Origin: Candidatus Latescibacterota bacterium
Lineage (GTDB): Bacteria; Latescibacterota; UBA2968; GCA-2709665
Direction of reading: 5' to 3'
NCBI GenBank assembly: GCA_965116875.1
Contig: OZ220733.1
Span: forward strand, 4,416,001-4,480,000
Length of the DNA stretch: 64,000 nucleotides
Within the stretch, counting starts at the first letter, position 1, and every line of letters starts with the position of its first letter. Positions 38,930-48,802 of the stretch are shown here, one piece after another. The position numbers and the translations under genes were made by a program. A model generated the notes under the pieces. The model ran no database searches and was not told the DNA's origin. It saw nothing but the letters and a program-made list of their open reading frames with translations.

Positions 38930-39748
38930 ATGTACAAAGTGTCGTACGACGGTTCGAACAAGAAGGTCCTCTGGCAGGAGATGTGGCGGCACGAGTTCGA
39001 AGAGGCCCTGAAACACGATCCCGTGGTGATACTGCCCACCGGTTCGGTGGAACAGCACGGCCCGCACTGCCCGATGGACGTGGATATTGTGGGCCCGTTC
39101 TATATGGCCGTGCGGGTGGCGCAGCGGGTGGATGACTTCCCCGTCATCGTCGCGCCACCGATCTGGTCCGGATTTACGCACTACAACAAGGGGTTTGCCG
39201 GCACGATCAGCCTGAGGATCGAGACCTACCTGAACCTGGTTGGCGACGTGTGCAGGAGTATCTGTGACAATGGCTTCAAACGCATCGTGATGGTGAACGG
39301 ACACGGGGGCAATATGGCGCCCAACCACGTGGTTCGGGACACCATCGCGGAAGAGAACGTGTTCGTGGTGGCCTACAGCTGGTGGCAATCCGTCGCAGAC
39401 GAAATGCTGGCGTGGAGCGATGCGGACAACGGGAGCGTGGGTCATGGCGGTGAGTGGGAGACGTCGGTCATGCTGTATCTGCGGGAGCATCTCATCGCGA
39501 AATCCCTGATGAACGACGATATCTTTCCAAATCCGTTCAGCGAGGATCTGCGGCACTTCGGCGGATTCTCCGAGCGCCGAAGGGATACCCGCGACGTCAC
39601 CGGCACGATGGGCAGTTCCAGCGCGGCAAGCAGGGAGAAGGGTGAGAAGGTCTTCAACCTGGCCGTAGAACGCCTGGAGCGCCTGGTCAGGGAGTATCAC
39701 GAACAGCCGGTCAGGCAGTACAAGGAGTTCGGCTCGCATTGTCCGTGA
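38930..39748 (+). CDS. creatininase family amidohydrolase
   Basis: GSVEQHGPH, VNGHGGN and GHGGEWETS motifs. Confidence 0.9.
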   Translation: MYKVSYDGSNKKVLWQEMWRHEFEEALKHDPVVILPTGSVEQHGPHCPMDVDIVGPFYMAVRVAQRVDDFPVIVAPPIWSGFTHYNKGFAGTISLRIETYLNLVGDVCRSICDNGFKRIVMVNGHGGNMAPNHVVRDTIAEENVFVVAYSWWQSVADEMLAWSDADNGSVGHGGEWETSVMLYLREHLIAKSLMNDDIFPNPFSEDLRHFGGFSERRRDTRDVTGTMGSSSAASREKGEKVFNLAVERLERLVREYHEQPVRQYKEFGSHCP

Positions 39749-39817
39749 GAGCCGGCGTCCCTGTGCAGGCGATGCAGGAGGTGTCGCGCTCAGTGACTTG
39801 CCTGGAGGTTCAAGAAT

Positions 39818-41434
39818 ATGTCGGATCTGCTTTATTTTGATTGTCACGCGACCCTTGGGCAGCGGCCCATGAAACATCCGCGGGTGCGCTGGTCTACGGA
39901 ACACCTTCTCGAGGACATGGACCTGGCCGAGATATCCGGCGCGCTGGTCACGCACGGCGTGGCCCGGAGTTATGATCCCGTATACGGAAATCGACGACTG
40001 CGGGAGGAAAGGGCCAGGGCGCCTGAGCGACTGTTCCCGCTGTGGTGTATCGTTCCGCTGGGAGACCCCGGTTTCTTCGCCGAAGGCGACGCGCTGATCG
40101 AGGCGATGGATGAGGAGGACGTCCGCGCCGTGCGCGTGGCGCCGGGCGGGTTTTCCATGCATCCGGAAATCGTCGGCCCCACGTTCGAGGTGCTGCAGCA
40201 TCATGGCATCCTGACGCTGCTGGAAGTGGGATGGGGAATGCCCGATATATTCGGGTTCTTCCACGAGTTGCTGTCCCGGTACCCGCGTTTGCCTGTACTG
40301 CTGACTGACCATGTATGGAGCCAGCAGCGCCACGTCTACGCCCTTATGCAGCGGCACGAAAATCTGCACCTGGAATTCTCTTCCTACCAGATCAACCGGG
40401 GTATTGAAAAGTACGTGGCCGACTTCGGAGACGAACGCCTGCTGTTCGGAACGGGGGGCACGGAAAAGTCGCCGGGCGCGGCGCGTTTTTACGTGGATTA
40501 CGCTCAGATTCCCGAAATGTCCAGGCGCCGGATTGCGGGTGGAAATCTGAGACGGCTTCTGAAGGGGCAGGGACCGGCCCAACCCGCGCCGCCCTCGAGC
40601 AGGGCGGACGGAATCATGGCCGAGGCCAGAGCGGGGCAGACGCTGTCCGTTCCGGTACTGGACGCGCACTCCCACGTCCTGCACGAAGGCGGTCAGACGG
40701 CGGGTGTGAACTATCTCATGTACGATGGAGACGCCGAACACATGCTGGCCCTGAACACGCTTTGCGGAATCGACCGGACGGCCATGATGAGCTGGAACGC
40801 GCCGGTTTGCGTGGATGCGCAGGACGGCAACGAGATCGTCAGGCGCGCCATGCGGAAATTCGGCGATCAGGTGGTCGGCGTGGCGGTTATCGACCCAACC
40901 CACATGACACCGGCGGAGATCGATGCGGAGATCCGGCTGAGGTATATCGACCAGGGATTCGTTGGAATGAAGCCGTACGTGCGGATGAACCTGAACTACG
41001 AACACGACGGATTCACACCCTGGTGGGAGTTTGGAAACCAATATCACCTGTACGCGTTGATGCACGTGGCCGGTCACACCGGCGGGGTGGCCGGCATCGG
41101 ACGGCTGGCGGACAGGTTCCCCAACGTAAGCTGGCTGATCGCGCACGCGGGGGGCAGTTATCCGTTCGCGGAGGAAGTGGCCGCGTGTATCGTGGATCAC
41201 CCGAACGTGTACGCCGAAATTACGCTCACCCCCGTCACGAATCGCGTGGTGGAGTTTCTGGTTGCGGCAACGGACGAGGACCACGTGCTGTTCGGCACGG
41301 ATGCGCCGATGAGAGACCCCCGGCAGCAACTCGGCTGGGTGGTCTGGGCTGATTTGCCGCTGGCAGTTAAAAAGAAAGTACTGGGCGGGAACTTCCAGCG
41401 GATACTGGATCGCGTGAAACTGCCTCGTCGGTAG
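39818..41434 (+). CDS. tandem two-domain amidohydrolase family protein
   Basis: Two TIM-barrel repeats: FDCHATLG...LLFGTGG...IAGGNL and LDAHSHV...VLFGTDAP...VLGGNF. Confidence 0.82.
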   Translation: MSDLLYFDCHATLGQRPMKHPRVRWSTEHLLEDMDLAEISGALVTHGVARSYDPVYGNRRLREERARAPERLFPLWCIVPLGDPGFFAEGDALIEAMDEEDVRAVRVAPGGFSMHPEIVGPTFEVLQHHGILTLLEVGWGMPDIFGFFHELLSRYPRLPVLLTDHVWSQQRHVYALMQRHENLHLEFSSYQINRGIEKYVADFGDERLLFGTGGTEKSPGAARFYVDYAQIPEMSRRRIAGGNLRRLLKGQGPAQPAPPSSRADGIMAEARAGQTLSVPVLDAHSHVLHEGGQTAGVNYLMYDGDAEHMLALNTLCGIDRTAMMSWNAPVCVDAQDGNEIVRRAMRKFGDQVVGVAVIDPTHMTPAEIDAEIRLRYIDQGFVGMKPYVRMNLNYEHDGFTPWWEFGNQYHLYALMHVAGHTGGVAGIGRLADRFPNVSWLIAHAGGSYPFAEEVAACIVDHPNVYAEITLTPVTNRVVEFLVAATDEDHVLFGTDAPMRDPRQQLGWVVWADLPLAVKKKVLGGNFQRILDRVKLPRR

Positions 41435-41503
41435 ACGATCGCCCGTACCGTTGGCCGAATGGTGAGGAATTTTCGGGACAGGACAGCAGGAGGAACAGGA
41501 GAT

Positions 41504-42577
41504 ATGGACGGCATTCGAGTCGCTCTGTTCGGGTTGACGCACCCGCATGCCCTTGGGCACCTGAAGACACTGCAGTTGTCCGATCTGGTGAGTGGCATCG
41601 TCCTTTTTGACGACGATCCACGGGTTGTTGCGGAGGTTCAGGAGGGAATGGGACACAAGGTCCAGGGTGGTTATGACGACCTTGATGAGATGCTCGATGG
41701 CGAAACCTTCGAGGTGGGCATCGCGGACTTCCAGAATCACCTGAATGGGCCGCTCTGCCTCAGGCTGATCGGGAAGGGCATCCACGTGATCAGCGAGAAG
41801 CCGGTTTCCAACTCCACGGAAGAGCTGTCCCGAATTGTCGACGCGGCGTCGGGGCAGGGTGTGAAGCTGGGGGTGATGTACCAGAACCGGTACCACCCCG
41901 TTGCACGGGAGGCGCGCCGTCTGGTGGCGGACGGCGTCATCGGGCGGGCTACCGGGTGTGAGGCCAGGATGATCACGTCGCAGGTCAGATTCAGAAATCC
42001 CGGTCACTGGCTGTTCGACAAACGGAAAGCGGGCGGCGGGATTCTCTCCTGGCTGGGATGCCACTATATCGATCTGCTGCGTTACGTCCTGGATGACGAC
42101 GTGGTGGAGGTATCCGCGATTGCCGATACCCTGAGCGGTGAAGACATCGACGTGGAAGACGTGGCGTCACTTGCGTTCAGGTTCGGAAGCGGAGCCATCG
42201 GCAGTCTGCACGCCGGGTATCAGCTTGCGATGAGCATCCCCGGTTATACCGGGGCCACGTACGACACCTTCGTGGGCTTTCGGGGTACCGAGGGAAGGGT
42301 GTACTGGAATCCCGTCGACCGGCCGCCGGTATTGCACGCCGAGAGCGCGACCGAGGACTGGCGATCCTCGCCCGTTCGCACCTTTCACTACGCGCTGCCC
42401 GAGGTGGACTGTTACGGGGGCGCGTTCGGACTTGCGTTCCTGGAACGGTTTTTCCATTCCGTGAACGGAGACGGCGAGCCGGTTGCAACCGGTGAAGACG
42501 CGCTCCGGGTCGCCAGGACAATCGATGCTGCATACACATCCAGCGAAACCGGACGACGGGTCGCAATCCCTTCCTGA
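41504..42577 (+). CDS. Gfo/Idh/MocA family oxidoreductase
   Basis: HVISEKP, AGGGILSWLGCHYIDL and DVEDVA motifs. Confidence 0.9.
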   Translation: MDGIRVALFGLTHPHALGHLKTLQLSDLVSGIVLFDDDPRVVAEVQEGMGHKVQGGYDDLDEMLDGETFEVGIADFQNHLNGPLCLRLIGKGIHVISEKPVSNSTEELSRIVDAASGQGVKLGVMYQNRYHPVAREARRLVADGVIGRATGCEARMITSQVRFRNPGHWLFDKRKAGGGILSWLGCHYIDLLRYVLDDDVVEVSAIADTLSGEDIDVEDVASLAFRFGSGAIGSLHAGYQLAMSIPGYTGATYDTFVGFRGTEGRVYWNPVDRPPVLHAESATEDWRSSPVRTFHYALPEVDCYGGAFGLAFLERFFHSVNGDGEPVATGEDALRVARTIDAAYTSSETGRRVAIPS

Positions 42578-42598
42578 GGCTGTTGGTCCGGACAATTC

Positions 42599-43429
42599 AT
42601 GACCGATTCCAATGAAATGAAGACGTTGGCCGGGGAACCGGTGCGGCCGCTGGGGCTTGCCGGCGCGCCCGACTCGCAAAGCGGGTTCGCATCCATCGCT
42701 TTCGGGGCCGGGGTGAATTTCTTTTTCTTTTACGGCCTGAACGTAGACGGTATGGTGGACGGGGTGAAACGGCTGCTGCGTCACCGCCGGGACGAGGTAT
42801 TCGTCGCCACGGGGACGGAATCCCGCGATCCGTCGCAAATGCGGGACTATCTGGACGCTGTACGCGGGACGCTGGACGTGGATGCGATCGACCTGTTCTT
42901 CGCGGAATACGTGTCCCCTGCGGATGATCCGGACGACGTGCTGGGAGAGGGCGGGGCGGTCGATGAAATCCGGAAATGGAAGGACGAAGGCAGGGTCCGC
43001 TACGTAGGCGCAACCGCACACAGCCGACCGCTTTCGCTGTCCCTCATCGAGAGCGGTCGGATCCAGGTGCTGATGCACCGGTACAATATGGCGCACCGGA
43101 AGTCGGAGGAAGAAGTGCTTCCCGCCGCCATCGACGCGGGGGTTCCGGTGGTTGCGTTCACGTGTACGCGCTGGGGGTCGTTGCTCGAGGGGCATGCCGG
43201 CTGGCCGGGACAGGTCCCCCGGGCGGCGGACTGCTACCGGTTCGTGCTGCAGCACCCGGCCGTCGCTCTGGCATTGACGGCGCCGGCAACGGAAAACCAG
43301 CTGCGACGAAATCTCACGGTGCTGTCGGAGCCTTATCAACCGGCTCCGGAAGAGATGTCTGCCTGGAAGGCATACGGCGACCTGGTCTACGGAGAAGGCG
43401 GCGATGCATTTGAAACGCGTTGGCCATAA
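42599..43429 (+). CDS. aldo/keto reductase family protein (divergent)
   Basis: DAIDLFF, GRVRYVGATAH, RYNMAH and YRFVLQHPAV motifs. Confidence 0.8.
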   Translation: MTDSNEMKTLAGEPVRPLGLAGAPDSQSGFASIAFGAGVNFFFFYGLNVDGMVDGVKRLLRHRRDEVFVATGTESRDPSQMRDYLDAVRGTLDVDAIDLFFAEYVSPADDPDDVLGEGGAVDEIRKWKDEGRVRYVGATAHSRPLSLSLIESGRIQVLMHRYNMAHRKSEEEVLPAAIDAGVPVVAFTCTRWGSLLEGHAGWPGQVPRAADCYRFVLQHPAVALALTAPATENQLRRNLTVLSEPYQPAPEEMSAWKAYGDLVYGEGGDAFETRWP

Positions 43430-43442
43430 AGAAACGGTTCCT

Positions 43443-44210
43443 GTGAATCCATTACGCCTGTTGCTGATCGCGTTTTTGGCCGTCGCGTGCGCATCTGACG
43501 TTGAGAATCCGCCGGCGGCCGGCTTCGATTCCGCAGGTTCGGACGCAAGGGCGATTGAGATTGCAGACGCCGTTATGAGGAAGATGGGCGGTCGGTCGAA
43601 CTGGGACCGTACCCGGTACCTCACCTGGAGATTCTTCGGCCGGCGGCTGCACGTGTGGGACCGCTGGACCGGCGACGTGCGGTTTGAAGAGGCCGATCGC
43701 ATCACCCTGATGAACGTCCACAACAGGACGGGACGCGTCTGGAAGGCAGGGGTGGAAATCGCGGAGTCGGATTCTCTGAAGAAATACCTCGACCGGGGAT
43801 ACCGGGCATGGATCAACGATTCCTACTGGCTGGTGATGCCCTACAAGCTGAAGGACACGGGCGTGACGCTGACGTACGGAGGCGAAGCAGAGATGGAAAA
43901 TGGGCGGAACGCGTACGTGCTGACGCTTACCTTCACCGGCGTGGGCGTGACCCCGCAGAACAAATACGACGTTTTCGTGGACAGGGAACGCATGCTGGTG
44001 GAACAATGGGCCTTCTACCGAAACGGTTCAGATGAGAAGCCGCGCTTTACCGGCCCGTGGACGGGCTGGAAGCAGCACGGCAGGATCCTGCTTTCCGCCG
44101 GGCGCGGCACAAGAGCCCATTCCGACGTGGCGGTTTTCGATGACCTGCCCAGGGCCGTCTTCGAAAGCCCCCATCCGGTGGATATGATGGCGTTCGACAA
44201 AGCCGGGTGA
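43443..44210 (+). CDS. conserved hypothetical lipoprotein
   Basis: Lipobox-like LAVAC; NPPAAGFD...AIEIADAVMRKMGG; WINDSYWLVMPYKLKDTGV; GVGVTPQNKY. Confidence 0.75.
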   Translation: MNPLRLLLIAFLAVACASDVENPPAAGFDSAGSDARAIEIADAVMRKMGGRSNWDRTRYLTWRFFGRRLHVWDRWTGDVRFEEADRITLMNVHNRTGRVWKAGVEIAESDSLKKYLDRGYRAWINDSYWLVMPYKLKDTGVTLTYGGEAEMENGRNAYVLTLTFTGVGVTPQNKYDVFVDRERMLVEQWAFYRNGSDEKPRFTGPWTGWKQHGRILLSAGRGTRAHSDVAVFDDLPRAVFESPHPVDMMAFDKAG

Positions 44211-44281
44211 AGTGTAGCCATACGTTTTTCGGGAGTTGCGGCTGGCTGGCCCTGTATTCACCGCATTGACATGCAGGAATG

Positions 44282-44313
44282 AAAGAGGCCCTTCGTTCGG
44301 AAGGCCTTTTTTT
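44282..44313 (+). terminator. rho-independent terminator
   Basis: AGGCC(C)TTC/GAAGGCCT hairpin followed by a T run. Confidence 0.7.
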
Positions 44314-44357
44314 GTTGCTGGCGCCGCCGGAACGTGTCTGGCGCGGGCTCGGGTGTC

Positions 44358-44386
44358 TTGACTTGCCTGGTCTATTTTCTTATGTT
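44358..44386 (+). promoter_or_regulatory. putative sigma70 promoter
   Basis: TTGACT-N17-TATGTT, ~175 bp upstream of ATG 44561. Confidence 0.5.
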
Positions 44387-44560
44387 GTGAAGACTTTCCG
44401 CAGACGAATTTGCGCCGAACCGTTCACGCGGCGATGATCTTGTCTGCAGGGCAGAGGGAACCATAGAAAAGGCCGTTCGGTCGTCAGTCCGTTCGACGGA
44501 ACACCCTCGCCATTCTCACGATCAAACAGGCAGAGATAACCAACTCAGGGGAGGGCGGCT

Positions 44561-45583
44561 ATGCGTTTCTTTTTGAGATGGAATATCGTTGGATTGCTAT
44601 TGATGTGGCCGGTAATCGGGCACGCACAGCTGATGGATAGCGGGTCGGAGAAACCGGAAGGAAAGGGCGGCGACCCTGCGGGCGCGTGGATGGCCGACTC
44701 CACAGCGTTGCCGGTATGGGCGTCTGCCACACTGTTGGGTTTGGTCCAAGATGAGTCCATCGACGGAACCGTATCCGGTACTGTGAAGCTGGATACCAAT
44801 TCCGGCGCATACGAGACGGACTACGTCACATCGGTCAAGGTTTCGCTGACGATACAAATGTTGGGTGCGAGCATCGACAGCACCTTTGTCGACACATTCA
44901 AGCAAGCGGGCACGTTCAGTGTCGAGGATACCAGTTTGATACTGACGCCGACGGTTGAGGAAGGAGAGACGGCGGTCAGCGATACGCTTGGTTTTACCGC
45001 CAGAGACGATTCGCTGTTTCTGATACAGGTTGTATCTCTTCCCCCTCAATATGCGACCATCATGGCGTCGATGCGGCTGGAAGCGCCGCTGGCAATCCTG
45101 GGCTTCGCGAAGGCGGAGGGGGAACCCGATCCACCAACTCCCCCTGAACCACCGCCGACAGGAACGTCGGCCGACTTTAATGGCGACGGGAAGGTGGACT
45201 TCTCGGACTTTCTTGCATTCGCGGGCAGTTTCGGCTCTAACCGTGGCGATGTCCGGTATGAAGTGCGGTTTGATCTGGACGGCGATGGGTCCGTCGCCTT
45301 TTCGGATTTTCTGATCTTCGCCGGCGCGTTCGGCAGTGAGGTTCCGCCCTCCGGCGGCAATCTTGGCGCGTGCAGAGCGGGTCTGGTGGTGAATCCTGGG
45401 GCAACTTGCACTTACAAAGGTCAAACCTTCTCGGTTTCGAGTTCGGGCCGGGGATCTATCGCGTTCTTCAGCGCCGGTACCGGTATAGACGCCAGAGGTT
45501 CCACCATTAACGGTGTACGGTGGAACTTTCATGCCACGAAAAACAGTGGCAGCAACGCCTGGACGATTCATACTGCCGATTGA
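44561..45583 (+). CDS. secreted multidomain protein with dockerin/EF-hand pair
   Basis: Signal peptide; beta-rich N-terminal domain; Pro linker; ADFNGDGKVDFSDF and FDLDGDGSVAFSDF; small Cys-pair C-terminal domain. Confidence 0.8.
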   Translation: MRFFLRWNIVGLLLMWPVIGHAQLMDSGSEKPEGKGGDPAGAWMADSTALPVWASATLLGLVQDESIDGTVSGTVKLDTNSGAYETDYVTSVKVSLTIQMLGASIDSTFVDTFKQAGTFSVEDTSLILTPTVEEGETAVSDTLGFTARDDSLFLIQVVSLPPQYATIMASMRLEAPLAILGFAKAEGEPDPPTPPEPPPTGTSADFNGDGKVDFSDFLAFAGSFGSNRGDVRYEVRFDLDGDGSVAFSDFLIFAGAFGSEVPPSGGNLGACRAGLVVNPGATCTYKGQTFSVSSSGRGSIAFFSAGTGIDARGSTINGVRWNFHATKNSGSNAWTIHTAD

Positions 45584-45904
45584 GCGTTTCCGTCAGCGGC
45601 GGGGCCTTCAGAAATATCGGCAGCGGCTGATACAATTATACGCCGTTCGGTTCGGGCACGTTTTGCAGTGCGACTTTCAACCTGAACGGATTGCAGGGCA
45701 CCCGTGAAGGTGATAATTTTCGGATTACCGCCGTTCCTTGATTCCGGAGCAAAGCCGAATGTCGACACTGAACGAAGGACCCGAATCCTGTGGGCTCGGT
45801 TTTGCCGGAATCGGCGCCAACCGCTCGCTATTGCTCTTATCAACCCATACGCACCCCAAAGTGGCTTTCTGCTCAACAAACAACCATACTCGATTATTTA
45901 AGGA

Positions 45905-46675
45905 CTACGGGACGCCGGTGAGGAGGAGGCCGCCGTCCACCGGCAGTGATGCGCCGTTGATGTTCGCGGCGTGGGGGCTGGAGAGAAAGACCACGGCGCG
46001 TCCGATGTCTTCCGGTGTGCCGTATCTTCTCGTCGAAATGAAACCGCTGAGCCGTTCCGGCGCGCTGCCCCGCGCGGGCGGTGGCTCGCCGAAGTCGTGT
46101 TCGGTGTCCATATAGCCTGGCAGGATCGCGTTACAGCGAATGCCGAGGGCAGCCAGTTCATAGGCCATGCTCATGGTAAGCCGCAGGATCCCCGCCTTGG
46201 CTGTGCCGTAACAGGTGTCGTTTGCCCACACGGCCTGTGCGTGTACCGATGAAATGCTCACAATGCTCCCGCCCTCGCCCCGTTCCGCCATGTTTCGGGC
46301 GGCCGCCTGGCTGCAGAGGAAATACCCTTTCAGGCAGACGTCCAGCGTGCGGTCCCAGTCTGCTTCGGTGATTTCCAGAAACGGCCGGTTTTGGGAAGCG
46401 TAGGGGTTGTTGACCAGAATATCGACGCGGCCGAAGCGATCCAGGAATTCCTCAAACATCCGATTCACCGCCTCCGTGCTCGAGATATCGGCGTCGAAAT
46501 AGGCTGCCTTGCGGCCCGCTTCCCGAACGAGGTCCAGGGTTGTTTCGGCATCGGCGTCGCGCTCGACGTCGTTAATGCCCACGTCGCATCCGGCATCCGC
46601 CAGAGCCTGGGCGATTCCCCGTCCAATGCTGCGCCTGGCGCCGGTAACGAGTGCTTTCTTTCCTTCGAGCAACAT
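45905..46675 (-). CDS. short-chain dehydrogenase/reductase (SDR)
   Basis: ALVTGARRSIG, DILVNN, YGTAK, NAILPG and VDGG motifs; start refined to ATG 46675. Confidence 0.9.
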   Translation of the reverse strand: MLLEGKKALVTGARRSIGRGIAQALADAGCDVGINDVERDADAETTLDLVREAGRKAAYFDADISSTEAVNRMFEEFLDRFGRVDILVNNPYASQNRPFLEITEADWDRTLDVCLKGYFLCSQAAARNMAERGEGGSIVSISSVHAQAVWANDTCYGTAKAGILRLTMSMAYELAALGIRCNAILPGYMDTEHDFGEPPPARGSAPERLSGFISTRRYGTPEDIGRAVVFLSSPHAANINGASLPVDGGLLLTGVP

Positions 46676-46777
46676 AGAGAACCTCGCTGGAGATGGAGCG
46701 TTGAATGGCATGCGAAACTGACGCATGAAATACGAATTCGATTTTCGGCTGTCAAACAGAAAAGGGGGGAGGTAACG

Positions 46778-47542
46778 ATGCCTTCCGCCTCTGGTTTGAA
46801 CGATGGGTTCTACGCGCGGCCTCGCTGCAGGAGAACTCCATTGAAACGAACGGCGATGGTTGGTTTCATTCTTTTCGGGTTCCTGTTTCAAACCTCGAGT
46901 CCGGAATCGAATCCAGTCGTACCGGCATTGGAAGACAGCCTGTACATTGCCGCGGACTCCGTGGCAACACTGCTTGCGCCCGAACTGCACGTGGCCGCGG
47001 CGGCCATGGAAGCGGGAGACTATTCGCTGGCGGCAGCGAAACTCGAGGCGCTCGCCCGGCGCGATACTTCCAATGTCGGTGTGCTTCGCGTGCTCGCGAG
47101 CGCCTATCTGAGACAGGAGGCGTACGCATCAGCCGTGCCGGTGTGCGAAAGGATTGCCGTGCTGGATTCGACTGACTCGGGGGTCCGGGTGGCCCTGGGT
47201 TTCCTGCACGGGAAGATGGGAGATGCGGACCGCTCCATGGCGGCGTATCGGGACGCGATAGACGTGAATGCCGAAACAATTCAGGCATATCAGGGTCTGG
47301 GATGGATACATCTGCATCGGCGCGAACTTCAGGAAGCCATGAACATGATCGCGAAGTCCACCGAACTTGCGCCGGAATACGCCCCGAATTACGTGTTGAT
47401 GGGTCGGGTCCTGACGGCGCAGGGCTTTTACGAAAATGCCCGGCAGGCCTTTCAAACCGCATTCAGGCTGGAGCCCGGATTACGGGAACAATATGGCATT
47501 CTGCTGCAGGAACTGGTCCTGAGGCACGGTCTTGAGCCGTAG
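46778..47542 (+). CDS. tetratricopeptide repeat (TPR) protein, probably exported
   Basis: Repeated LASAY/ALGFLH/GLGWIH/LMGRVL helical TPR pattern after a hydrophobic N-terminal segment. Confidence 0.75.
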   Translation: MPSASGLNDGFYARPRCRRTPLKRTAMVGFILFGFLFQTSSPESNPVVPALEDSLYIAADSVATLLAPELHVAAAAMEAGDYSLAAAKLEALARRDTSNVGVLRVLASAYLRQEAYASAVPVCERIAVLDSTDSGVRVALGFLHGKMGDADRSMAAYRDAIDVNAETIQAYQGLGWIHLHRRELQEAMNMIAKSTELAPEYAPNYVLMGRVLTAQGFYENARQAFQTAFRLEPGLREQYGILLQELVLRHGLEP

Positions 47543-47675
47543 CGGAATCCGGAGGGTGTTCTCGCAGGGGCGCGCGGTCGGGTCCTGTCTCTTCCACAGC
47601 CGGAATGCAGGAAGGCTTGTCCGGTGAACGTGTGCGGATGTCGCGGGGTGTGCGGACGCAGTACAGGGAAGGGGT

Positions 47676-48434
47676 TTACTTGAGGGAAAAGCCGATGGGC
47701 ATCACCATCCAGACCTTGCGTTTTTCTCCTTCGTGCTTTCCGGGGCGAAAACGGAACTGGCGGGCGGCCGCGATGGCATTGCTTCGAAAGATCTCGGGTC
47801 CGCTGACGACTTCCACCTTCTCCACGCGTCCACGCTTGTCCACAAGCACACGGACCTTTACTGTGCCTTCCAGCTTCTGTTTGTGGGCCTGACGGGGATA
47901 CTCGGGCGCCACGATACGGATCGGGTGGGGTTTGTATTCGATGTCGAACTCGTCCATCGGGGCGTCGGACGGAGGGCCCGTGGCGATCGGCCCCCTCAGG
48001 CGCAGATCCAGCGGGAGCGCGTCAAGGTCCAGTTCGGTTGTTTCGATCGTGACGTCTTCGGGTATTTCCTCCCCTTCCACCTCGATCGGCACGGCCGGCC
48101 GCGGCGGCGGCGGCGGACGTTTGGCCTGGGATGTTTCGGGAATCTGTGCCCACTGAACGACGTCGACCTGGGGTTCGTTCAGCACCACGGTGGGGATGTG
48201 TTCGGGATAGATGAGAACGGTGAACAGCATGAAGAGAAAGGACGCACCCAGCGACTTCAGAAAGCGGGTTCCGTAGTCACGCTTGAGGTCCACGTCCGGA
48301 TTCTTGGAGCGCACCGAAACACGAATACCCGTTGGATGATCCTTCAGGAGACGCAGGAACCTCTCCTGGCGCTCACGATATCGCGCCAGTTGTGCCAGAA
48401 GCGAATGACTGAAGCGATGGTGAACGATATTCAT
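47676..48434 (-). CDS. tonB: TonB family energy transducer
   Basis: TM helix, PPPPPRP linker, PEYPRQA...EGTVKVRVLVDKRGRV...FRFRPGK C-terminal domain. Confidence 0.85.
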   Translation of the reverse strand: MNIVHHRFSHSLLAQLARYRERQERFLRLLKDHPTGIRVSVRSKNPDVDLKRDYGTRFLKSLGASFLFMLFTVLIYPEHIPTVVLNEPQVDVVQWAQIPETSQAKRPPPPPRPAVPIEVEGEEIPEDVTIETTELDLDALPLDLRLRGPIATGPPSDAPMDEFDIEYKPHPIRIVAPEYPRQAHKQKLEGTVKVRVLVDKRGRVEKVEVVSGPEIFRSNAIAAARQFRFRPGKHEGEKRKVWMVMPIGFSLK

Positions 48435-48802
48435 TGTTCAGATGACTGAGGTTATGTTCAGATTGAAAATGGGGTGGCGCCGGGGGCGATTCGTTCCGGA
48501 TGACTGGTATCACCCCGGAGAATTGGTCGCGGACGCCGACGCCGGTGGGGATTGGCCGGATTCGGCTCTTTTCAACTTTATACAAATGGAACGGGAAAAG
48601 GTTCCGGGCCGACGGCTTCCCTCAGCCCGGCCCGGCAGATGCTGAGACGGCATGATCTTTACAGGTGACCGATCGACCCGCTGCGATCGCGTAGATGTAC
48701 CTGTTGGCCATAAACCACTAAATTAGTCCAGACATACGAAAAGTCAAGCCCAAACTTGAAAACGGGCCGCGAATCCAAAGCTGCCCGGCCTGTTGCGGCG
48801 TT

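Noticed and set aside
38930-39748. Mycofactocin-type RiPP peptidase (MftE) role for the creatininase homolog
   Set aside because: No precursor peptide, radical SAM or RRE gene nearby.
37985-42064. 1359-aa antisense ORF
   Set aside because: Shadow ORF: the four plus-strand genes it overlaps all happen to be in the same frame, GC-rich codon bias suppresses antisense stops, and it has no protein motifs.
45654-45668. sigma54-like GGCACG..TTGCA
   Set aside because: GG-to-GC spacing is not 10 nt, and no gene start follows on that strand.
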